IMG/VR virus record: IMGVR_UViG_3300014556_000001
From: a virus
DNA: 46,977 bases
Strand: one strand, 5' to 3'
Under the pieces are notes generated by a model, which ran no database searches, was not told the DNA's origin, and worked only from the letters and a program-made list of their open reading frames with translations. Positions 1 through 7,336 of the stretch are shown here, piece after piece. Within the stretch, counting starts at the first letter, position 1. Every line of letters begins with the position of its first letter. Both the position numbers and the translations under genes were made by a program.

Positions 1-77
1 GAGTTTACTATCGATATTCTAAAAGACGATATGGAAACAGCCGTAAGAGAGTGGCTGGACTACGGCAGGCTGAGAGG
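1..77. repeat. Terminal direct repeat copy A, identical to 46901-46977. Either a circular-assembly overlap or a short DTR.
   Basis: 77/77 identity read directly. One reading frame runs through the junction uninterrupted. Confidence 0.95.
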
Positions 78-141
78 TATCGGTCAGTGGCGTAACAGCG
101 GCAAAGGCCGTTTTGAGTGGGAGGAAATCGAGAATGAATAA
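1..141 (+). CDS. 3' end (46 codons plus stop) of the junction-spanning early protein that starts at 46442. It has a RAMP-like glycine-rich C-terminus.
   Basis: Frame 1 is open from base 1: EFTIDILKDDMETAVREWLDYGRLRGIGQWRNSGKGRFEWEEIENE, with TAA at 139-141. It is in frame with 46442-46977 through the overlap, for a total of 199 aa. Confidence 0.8.
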   Translation, partial: EFTIDILKDDMETAVREWLDYGRLRGIGQWRNSGKGRFEWEEIENE

Positions 142-700
142 GAAATTCACTGACGAGGAAATCGTAAAGGCGGCGGAATGCTGTGTAGAAAATGACTGTG
201 GGAATTGTCCCATTTTCGGGACCAGTGGTTGTAGACTCTTTTTTGCAGAGTACATAATCAATACCACCAAACCAGCATTTGATTGGGACGGATTTATAGC
301 TGGCAAGTTTACAGTTCGTCTAAAGACACAGACAGATTATGACACGTTTATGCGAGAATGCGAACAGCGTGAACTAAATTGGGGTCCAGAAAAACCTACG
401 GAAGTTAATACTTGGCCGTACTATCGTGACAGTACCTCAATACATTGCTGGTCAAAGGATAAAAAATTATCATATGGCGATTATTTATCTTCGCAAGTCC
501 CAGTTGTTGCATATTCTGATAAACAGACAGACTCACACGCAAAAGTCGGCCTAATTGGCAAGGAATTCAATAAATTGCTGTTGGATATTGCTGGATTGCT
601 TTCCACTATGGACAAACAATGTACAGCTGCATATAATGCGGGCATAAGTTGCCAGAAGTTAAAATCATTGATAAGGTCGGATGGTGAGCATAGTGACTAA
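134..700 (+). CDS. Hypothetical early protein with a Cys-rich N-terminus
   Basis: ORF track 113-700. ATG 134 follows GGGAGGAA and overlaps the upstream stop. Cys cluster: ECCVENDCGNCPIFGTSGC. Confidence 0.75.
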   Translation: MNKKFTDEEIVKAAECCVENDCGNCPIFGTSGCRLFFAEYIINTTKPAFDWDGFIAGKFTVRLKTQTDYDTFMRECEQRELNWGPEKPTEVNTWPYYRDSTSIHCWSKDKKLSYGDYLSSQVPVVAYSDKQTDSHAKVGLIGKEFNKLLLDIAGLLSTMDKQCTAAYNAGISCQKLKSLIRSDGEHSD

Positions 701-857
701 CTACTCTTGCCTTGATTGCAAGCACCTGAAAGGCTGTTTGGAGAGTAGCAGGCGTTACCCATGTAAAGATTTTAAGCTGGCAGAGCCAGCGTTATTGGAA
801 AGGAGAGGGCGAAATGACAGCAATCGAAAAGTTGAACAGCATAATCACAAGCGTTGA
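693..857 (+). CDS. Possible 54-aa Cys-rich mini-protein (NYSCLDCKHLKGC...PCKDF)
   Basis: GTG 693 to TGA 855-857, read by hand. Weak RBS, and it overlaps the next gene by 44 nt. The motif resembles 10326 and 11846. Confidence 0.25.
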   Translation: MTNYSCLDCKHLKGCLESSRRYPCKDFKLAEPALLERRGRNDSNRKVEQHNHKR

Positions 858-1113
858 TACTCTTGCACAAGTAGCCGATGATTGCAACTTCCCTGCCGTC
901 AGAGCAATATACAATGCAACCGCAAGCGGACGTATTGAACTTTTCGCACGCGATGACGATTTCAAGGCACTTGCAGATGCAGTATATTCGCCACTGCACA
1001 CTGTTACATCATACAACCATATTGGTGATGATGTTTACAAAACAACCGAGATGTGGTTTTGCTACAAAGACCACATATTCACAATGATAAGAGAGGAGAA
1101 ATATAATGGATGA
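814..1113 (+). CDS. Hypothetical early protein
   Basis: ORF track. Strong RBS GGAAAGGAGAGGG upstream of ATG 814. Confidence 0.75.
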   Translation: MTAIEKLNSIITSVDTLAQVADDCNFPAVRAIYNATASGRIELFARDDDFKALADAVYSPLHTVTSYNHIGDDVYKTTEMWFCYKDHIFTMIREEKYNG

Positions 1114-1747
1114 AATCATCGACATAAATCAGGCGGAAATCAGACAGATACCTACTCAGACACAGACACAGCTTGCATCGCATACTGACACGGGAATTAT
1201 CTCAGACTTCCGCAAATATTTCAAAATGGCAAGCGAACTGTGCAAAGCGGACATCATACCGCAGGCGTACAAGGGCAAGGTCGCTGATACCGCAATAGCC
1301 ATTGACATGGCTAACCGCATGGGCGTAAGCCCGATGATGGTCATGCAATCAATGTACGTGGTCAAAGGCAAGCCAAGTTGGAGCGGACAAGCTTGCCTGA
1401 GCTTTATCCGAGCAAAATTTACAGACGTAAAGGTTATTTACGTCGGTGCAAAAGGTACTGATGACAGAGGCTGTTACGTCAAGGCAACTGACAAAGACGG
1501 CGATGTACTTGAGGGAACGACAGTTACAATGTCAATGGCAAAGGCTGAGGGGTGGTACTCGAAGAAAGATAAGTACGGAAACGAAACGTCAAAATGGCAG
1601 ACAATGCCCGAACAGATGTTAGCATATCGTGCAGCATCGTTCTTTGCGAGGGTTCACTGCCCTGAAACATTAATGGGTGTGCAGGTCGAAGGCGAAGTTG
1701 AGGACTCTTCAAAGCCTGCAATGAGAGAAGTGGAGGATGTACTGTAA
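1106..1747 (+). CDS. RecT-family single-strand annealing protein
   Basis: IAIDMANRMGVSPMMVMQSMYVVKGKPSWSGQACLSFI and C-terminal SKWQTMPEQMLAYRAASFFARVHCPE match the RecT pattern as I recall it. It lies next to the nuclease and SSB genes. Confidence 0.7.
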   Translation: MDEIIDINQAEIRQIPTQTQTQLASHTDTGIISDFRKYFKMASELCKADIIPQAYKGKVADTAIAIDMANRMGVSPMMVMQSMYVVKGKPSWSGQACLSFIRAKFTDVKVIYVGAKGTDDRGCYVKATDKDGDVLEGTTVTMSMAKAEGWYSKKDKYGNETSKWQTMPEQMLAYRAASFFARVHCPETLMGVQVEGEVEDSSKPAMREVEDVL

Positions 1748-3178
1748 ATGAAAACTACGAGAATTCATATAAAAAATCTGTTCGGCATTTCTGAAACAGA
1801 ACTGGACGGACGCTCAATAGAAGTTACCGGCTCGAACGGCGTAGGTAAGACATCTATAATCGACAGCATAAAGTACGCTCTGACAAACGACAGCAGCCGT
1901 GATTATGTCATTAAGAACGGCGAGAATGAGGGCGAAATCTTCATTGAGACCGACACTGGTCTCACTATTGACCGCAAGAAGCGTGTCAATCAGGCAGATT
2001 ACAAGAACATCAGACAGGACGGCAAGCCTGTTCAGAGCCCCGAAGCATTTGTCAGAGAGCTGTTCACGCCACTGCAGATTGACCCCGTTAAGTTTACACA
2101 GATGTCAAGGCAGGAGCAGAACAGAATTATTCTTGACCTCATTGAGTTCAATTGGGATTTGAACTGGATTAAGGAGAAGTTTGGCGAAATTCCGCAGGGT
2201 GTTGATTATCAGCAGAATATATTGCAGGTCCTGAACGATATCCAGTCCGAAAAGGGCGTTTACTTCCAGACAAGGCAGGATATCAATAGAGAAATACGCA
2301 ACAAAACAGCGTTTATATCTGATATCGCAAAGGATATCCCGCAGGGCTTCCAGTCTGAAAAGTGGGAAGCATATGACCTGTCCGAAGCCTATACGAAGAT
2401 AACAAAGGCGCAGGAATACAACTCTCGCATCGAGAGGGCGAAGCTCTTCAAAGATAGCTATGACAACAAGGTCAGAGGTTATCAGGCTGAAATGGAAATT
2501 GCAGTAAGCAATCTGAAATCTGCTATCGCAGCAGAACGTGAGCAGCTGACTAGCGAAATCGAGCGCAAAAAAGCCGAAATCAAGGCGGCTGAGGACAAGC
2601 TCAATTCGCTTTCAGACAAGATAGCAGACAAGACTAAGATTTTTGAAAGCGAATACAGGGAGAAAGTCGCAAAGCTTGACAGCGACATCAAGGTAGCCGA
2701 TGAATACACAGGCAAGCAGCTTGTTAACATATCTGCAATGCAAGCTGAGGTCAAGACAGCTGAGGAAATGAAAAAGCACCTCAACGAATACAAACGTATG
2801 AAGTCGATGCAGGACGAGCTTGAAACACTCGAAGAACATTCTAAGGCGCTCACAAGCAAGATTGAGCTTGCAAGAGAGCTTCCAGGCGAGATACTTAAGA
2901 CAGCAACAATACCTGTTAAGGGGTTGACAGTTAAAGACGGCATACCTCTCATAAATGGACTTCCCGTCAGTAATCTGTCAGAGGGCGAACAGTTACAGCT
3001 TTGCGTTGATGTTGCCCTCAGCAAGCCTAACAGCCTACAGATAATTCTGATTGACGGAGCTGAGAAGCTTTCCGAAAAGAACAGGCTTGCACTTTATGAG
3101 AAGTGCAAGGAAAAGGGCTTGCAGTTTATCGCAACTCGCACAACGGACAGCGATGATCTGGAGGTGACATATCTGTGA
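1748..3178 (+). CDS. SMC/Rad50/RecF-like ABC-type ATPase with a central coiled coil
   Basis: Walker A GSNGVGKTS, a long Glu/Lys-rich coiled-coil middle, signature-like LSEGEQLQL and Walker B IILIDGAEKL. Confidence 0.8.
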   Translation: MKTTRIHIKNLFGISETELDGRSIEVTGSNGVGKTSIIDSIKYALTNDSSRDYVIKNGENEGEIFIETDTGLTIDRKKRVNQADYKNIRQDGKPVQSPEAFVRELFTPLQIDPVKFTQMSRQEQNRIILDLIEFNWDLNWIKEKFGEIPQGVDYQQNILQVLNDIQSEKGVYFQTRQDINREIRNKTAFISDIAKDIPQGFQSEKWEAYDLSEAYTKITKAQEYNSRIERAKLFKDSYDNKVRGYQAEMEIAVSNLKSAIAAEREQLTSEIERKKAEIKAAEDKLNSLSDKIADKTKIFESEYREKVAKLDSDIKVADEYTGKQLVNISAMQAEVKTAEEMKKHLNEYKRMKSMQDELETLEEHSKALTSKIELARELPGEILKTATIPVKGLTVKDGIPLINGLPVSNLSEGEQLQLCVDVALSKPNSLQIILIDGAEKLSEKNRLALYEKCKEKGLQFIATRTTDSDDLEVTYL

Positions 3179-3957
3179 TACAGCTTACAAGTGAGAACTA
3201 CTTCTCCCAGCAGGCAAACCTTGAGTACATGAGCTGCTCACAGTTCAAGAGCTTCTGTGACTGTGAGGAAAGAACCCTTGCGGATATCGCTGGTGATTAC
3301 AAGCGTGACAGTTCAACTGCTCTGCTCGTAGGCTCATACGTTGACGCTCACTTCGAGGGAACGCTTGACGTTTTCAAGGCTCAGCACCCAGAGTTGTTTA
3401 AGCGTGACGGAACGCTTAAGGCTGATTATGTACAGGCTGAGAGTATTATCCAGCGTGTGGAGAATGACAAGCTGTTCATGAAGTATATGGCAGGCGAAAA
3501 GCAGGTCATTATGACGGGTAAAATCGCAGATGTACCATACAAGATAAAGATAGACAGCTATCACCCTGACAAGGCAATCGTTGACCTAAAGGTCGTCAAG
3601 GACTTTGAAAAGCTTTGGAACGATACAGAGAAACAGAAACAGAGCTTCATTCGATACTGGGAATATGACATTCAGGGAGCTATCTATCAGGAAATAGTTC
3701 GTCAGAATACAGGCAAAAAGTTGCCGTTCTTTATAGCCGCCGCCACAAAAGAAAAACACACAGATTTTAACGTGTTCGCTGTTCCGCAGGAATGGCTTGA
3801 CGAAAAGCTTGCATTTGTCGAGGAACGCACACCGCACTTTGCAAGGTTGAAAACAGTCGAGGATCCAGCCGAAAGGTGTGAGAGGTGTGATTGGTGCAAG
3901 GACACCAAGATACTTGACAGAATAGTTGACGCAAGAGATTTGGAGGACGGCATATGA
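3175..3957 (+). CDS. PD-(D/E)XK exonuclease (RecE/ExoVIII- or Cas4-like) with candidate Fe-S cysteines
   Basis: GTG start overlaps the upstream stop. Motifs: IVDLKVVKD, YDIQGAIYQ, N-terminal CSQFKSFCDC and C-terminal CERCDWC. Confidence 0.75.
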   Translation: MIQLTSENYFSQQANLEYMSCSQFKSFCDCEERTLADIAGDYKRDSSTALLVGSYVDAHFEGTLDVFKAQHPELFKRDGTLKADYVQAESIIQRVENDKLFMKYMAGEKQVIMTGKIADVPYKIKIDSYHPDKAIVDLKVVKDFEKLWNDTEKQKQSFIRYWEYDIQGAIYQEIVRQNTGKKLPFFIAAATKEKHTDFNVFAVPQEWLDEKLAFVEERTPHFARLKTVEDPAERCERCDWCKDTKILDRIVDARDLEDGI

Positions 3958-4194
3958 GAAAGTAGGAAGTCTTGCTGATATCGTGTAGCGTGAAAACACT
4001 TGGACACAACCTCAACCTGCTAATTGGTGCAGGTGCAAAAATATGTCACATAGAAAGAGCGTCAACTTTTGGCCGCTTTTTGGGAGATGAGTTTGCAGGA
4101 TATGTAATCATTTATGAAATTTCTTTTTGCAAGCGTCATAGCAAAAAGTATATGCAGACTATTAAACACTTGCGCGGAAGATTGGAGGATACAA

Positions 4195-4674
4195 ATGCTT
4201 AACAAAGTCATTTTAATGGGTAGAATTACCCAGGAGCTTGAACTCAAGCAAACAACAAACGGAACAGCAGTGCTGTCATTTAACGTAGCCGTTGACAGAA
4301 GCTACACTAAGCAGGGCGAAGAGAGACAGGCGGATTTTATCACCTGCGTTGCGTGGAAAAAGACTGCTGAATTTATCAATAACTATTTCGGCAAGGGTAG
4401 AATGATAGCCCTTGAGGGACAGCTAAGAAGTCGTACATACGATGATAAAAACGGCACAAAGCACTATGTGACAGAAGTTTACGTTGATAACGTTTCATTC
4501 ACAGGTGAACCAAAGCAGGACGGAAACAGCTCAGCTTCGTCACAGAGCGCACCACAGCAGAATACACCGCCACAAAATCAGCCTGCACCAAGTCAGAATA
4601 ACTCACCTGCAACGCAGAGTCTTGGTATTGACGGATTTGAGGAAATATTCAATGGCGACGATGTACCGTTCTGA
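4195..4674 (+). CDS. ssb: Single-stranded DNA-binding protein
   Basis: MLNKVILMGRITQELELKQTTNGTAVLSFNVAV OB-fold start, a Gln/Pro/Ser-rich linker and an acidic tail DDVPF. ATG 4195 follows GGAGGA. Confidence 0.9.
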   Translation: MLNKVILMGRITQELELKQTTNGTAVLSFNVAVDRSYTKQGEERQADFITCVAWKKTAEFINNYFGKGRMIALEGQLRSRTYDDKNGTKHYVTEVYVDNVSFTGEPKQDGNSSASSQSAPQQNTPPQNQPAPSQNNSPATQSLGIDGFEEIFNGDDVPF

Positions 4675-4708
4675 TATGAAGCGATAGTTAAAAACTTTGG
4701 AGAACACA

Positions 4709-4810
4709 ATGCTAACTTTAAGAAACTATCAAAACAGAATTATTAATGAAGTAAGGAGGCTTATGAGTACAGGGCGAAAGCGCATTTGCGCAGTTGCGCC
4801 CTGTGGTTAG
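4709..4810 (+). other. Orphan 33-codon frame encoding a helicase N-terminus, ending in TAG inside motif I
   Basis: MLTLRNYQNRIINEVRRLMSTGRKRICAVAPCG*. The GSGKT continuation lies in the -1 frame (ORF 4786-6081). Confidence 0.5.
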
Positions 4811-6081
4811 GCTCTGGTAAGACAGCCATATTCGCATATATGGCTGACAAGTCGCAGGACAAGGGCAACACAGTGTGGTTTTTGGTACACAGAAAAGAAC
4901 TGCTCGATCAAACCATAGCAACATTTGACCGCTTTGGTATTCAGCGCAACACAATTCTTGTAGGCATGGTTGCCACACTTGCAAATGCTCTTGACAAGCA
5001 CCCAGAACAGTACAAATCACCTGACTTCATTGTCATTGACGAGTGCCACCATATAACGGCTAGGACGTATCAGAAAATACTTGAACGCTTTCCAAAGGCA
5101 TTCGTAGTTGGGCTGACTGCAACGCCAAGCAGACTTGACGGCAAGCCACTTAAAGATTGCTTTGACGATATGGTGGTAGGCATTACCGCCAAAGAGCTTA
5201 TTGCTCAGGGATATTTATCCCCTTATAGGTACTTTGCACCAAGCGTAGCTGACCTATCGGCACTCAAACGCAAGGGCAAGGACTTTGACCCACAGCAAGC
5301 AGCTGAGCTACTTTCCACGAGAGCGGTGTTTGGCGATGTTATAGCGAACTATCGCAAATATGCTGACGGGCTTCAAACGATATGCTATTGTTCTTCCGTT
5401 AAGCACTCTGAGAGCGTTGCAGAAGCGTTCAGAGCGGTTGGAATTAATGCTGTACACTTTGACGGCAATACACCTAAGAGCGAGCGAGAACGCATTACAG
5501 ACGATTTCAGGGCAGGAAAAATAAAAATCCTTTGCAACGTTGATTTGATATCAGAGGGTTTCGATTGCCCTGACTGCGAGTGTTGCATACTGTTAAGACC
5601 GACAATGAGCTTAACGCTGTTTATCCAACAATCGATGCGTTGTATGCGCCCGAAAGAGGGCAAGACGGCAATAATTCTCGATCACGTCAACAACTACAAG
5701 CGACACGGCTTGCCTGATGATGACAGAGAGTGGAGCTTAAACAGCGTTCCGAAACCTGAAAAAGAATATAACGCAGACGGCACGCTACAGATACGGCAGT
5801 GTTCAAAATGCTTTGCTACGTATAGACCAACGTCTGCAAAGAAATGTCCATATTGTGGAGCGGCTGAGGAACTGACCAGGCAGGAAATAAAAAATATCAA
5901 GCAGATAGAACTTGAAGAAATAAAGGAAAGCAAACGCAGAGAAGCAGATGACAAAGTCAAGGAATACAAATCCGCAAAGGATTGCAAGACGCTTCAAGAA
6001 CTGTTTGCGTTTGCAAAAATGAGAGGATATAAGCCACAATGGGCATATGTCCAAGCAAAACAGAGAGGATGGTTTAAATGA
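4786..6081 (+). CDS. SF2 (DEAD/DEAH-type) helicase with a C-terminal zinc ribbon. Its N-terminus is displaced into another frame.
   Basis: LGSGKTAIF (motif I), VIDECHH (motif II), GLTATP (motif III) and CSKC...CPYC. See 4709-4810. Confidence 0.8.
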   Translation: MRSCALWLGSGKTAIFAYMADKSQDKGNTVWFLVHRKELLDQTIATFDRFGIQRNTILVGMVATLANALDKHPEQYKSPDFIVIDECHHITARTYQKILERFPKAFVVGLTATPSRLDGKPLKDCFDDMVVGITAKELIAQGYLSPYRYFAPSVADLSALKRKGKDFDPQQAAELLSTRAVFGDVIANYRKYADGLQTICYCSSVKHSESVAEAFRAVGINAVHFDGNTPKSERERITDDFRAGKIKILCNVDLISEGFDCPDCECCILLRPTMSLTLFIQQSMRCMRPKEGKTAIILDHVNNYKRHGLPDDDREWSLNSVPKPEKEYNADGTLQIRQCSKCFATYRPTSAKKCPYCGAAEELTRQEIKNIKQIELEEIKESKRREADDKVKEYKSAKDCKTLQELFAFAKMRGYKPQWAYVQAKQRGWFK

Positions 6082-6371
6082 TGAGAGGTAGCCAGGCAAT
6101 TGGTATTGACACCAATCCTGTAAATTCAATTGCAATTACGCTTGCTAATGCCAACGTAAATACGCTCAAGGCAATTGATATTATCACAAGCGAGATCACA
6201 AAAGAAGCACACATCAACCGGTATGACGTTCCGTTCTGGATACTGGCATTTGAAATGCTTACCAATGCGCTCAAGGAAACCATGAGCAAAGATATGCTCG
6301 AGGTGTATGAAGATGCTAAGGAACATTTCTCATACTCTGCTATTACTATGGGAGAGCCTAGAAATGAGTAA
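6078..6371 (+). CDS. Hypothetical protein
   Basis: ORF track. The ATG overlaps the helicase stop (TAAATGATG). Confidence 0.6.
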   Translation: MMRGSQAIGIDTNPVNSIAITLANANVNTLKAIDIITSEITKEAHINRYDVPFWILAFEMLTNALKETMSKDMLEVYEDAKEHFSYSAITMGEPRNE

Positions 6372-6729
6372 GTCAGAACACGAGATACAGAACGAAATCC
6401 GCCTTGCGTTATCTTCACAAGATAGTGTTGTATTCAGAACAAACGCAGGCACATTCTATCAGGGGAAAATGGTTTACTCAAAAGAATATAAATCAATGGT
6501 GCTTCTCAACCCTCGCAGGGTTGACGGACTTCCTAAAGGCTTTTCAGATTTGGTGTGCTTTACTAAAGGCGGAAAAACGGCATTCATAGAGTGTAAGAAT
6601 GCCGACGGAAAACTGAGAGAAGAACAGAAAATATTTATTGACCGTATGCGTGACCTCGGCTTTGTTGCTGGGGTCGCAAGGTCCGCTGAGGAGGCGAAAC
6701 TACTATGCCAACAACTGATGAAAGATTAA
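6364..6729 (+). CDS. VRR-NUC domain nuclease
   Basis: MSKSEHEIQNEI...GLPKGFSDLVCFTKGGKTAFIECKNADGKLREEQKIFIDRMRDLG fits the VRR-NUC pattern. ATG 6364 is in frame within track ORF 6307-6729. Confidence 0.8.
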   Translation: MSKSEHEIQNEIRLALSSQDSVVFRTNAGTFYQGKMVYSKEYKSMVLLNPRRVDGLPKGFSDLVCFTKGGKTAFIECKNADGKLREEQKIFIDRMRDLGFVAGVARSAEEAKLLCQQLMKD

Positions 6730-7163
6730 AGCAAATCGAAATCGTTGCTTTGAAAGAAGAGGGCGATTTGCCCGAAAATATGTCAATGTCGGAAAATATG
6801 TTCTACGAAGAGATGCACTGCTTGTACGCTAGATACAAAATGAGTTGTCTTGTAAGCAAGCTCCCCGCTGATATACAGAACAAAGTCCCTATCGTGACAA
6901 AAGACGAGGCTTCGGTATTAAAGAAGAAATACCTTGCAGGTGTTAAGAATATGCAGATGTGGGAAGATATCTTCAAGACAGAGATACACATTGCAAACGA
7001 GATAAACAAGGTCATTTCTCCTACATCTGAGCTGAGCGGAATGACAAAGGAACAGCTGCTTGACAAGACTATACGAATGATAGGTGTTATCCAGGGACTT
7101 ATGAATGCTGATGACAGAATTCCGAAGTTTCTGGAAGGTCTAAGGGGAGATAAGGCAAAATGA
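6705..7163 (+). CDS. Hypothetical protein
   Basis: ORF track. Packed in the operon with short overlaps to both neighbours. Confidence 0.65.
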   Translation: MPTTDERLKQIEIVALKEEGDLPENMSMSENMFYEEMHCLYARYKMSCLVSKLPADIQNKVPIVTKDEASVLKKKYLAGVKNMQMWEDIFKTEIHIANEINKVISPTSELSGMTKEQLLDKTIRMIGVIQGLMNADDRIPKFLEGLRGDKAK

Positions 7164-7336
7164 GAACGAGGACAGGAAGATGCAAGAAAACAGGCAAGTG
7201 CATATATGCGACTGAAATATATGGTGAGAAGTGTTGCGGATATTTGCTTGCAACGGGTGAGAAAAGAAACTGCCCTCCCGATAACTGCAACAAGTTCAAG
7301 AGCATAAAACAGTTTGAAAGGAGATTTGACAGGTGA
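7160..7336 (+). CDS. 58-aa Cys-rich mini-protein (too short for the ORF track)
   Basis: ATGA overlap with the upstream stop and GTGA overlap with the downstream start. MRTRTGRCKKTGKCIYATEIYGEKCCGYLLATGEKRNCPPDNCNKF. Confidence 0.5.
   Translation: MRTRTGRCKKTGKCIYATEIYGEKCCGYLLATGEKRNCPPDNCNKFKSIKQFERRFDR

Noticed and set aside
4808-4810. Stop-codon reassignment (TAG or TGA recoding) as an explanation for the interrupted helicase and the odd portal start
   Set aside because: TAA, TAG and TGA all terminate well-supported genes here: TAG for terL and the chaperone, TGA for SSB, TAA for the helicase. Reading through TAG 4808 does not continue into the helicase frame.
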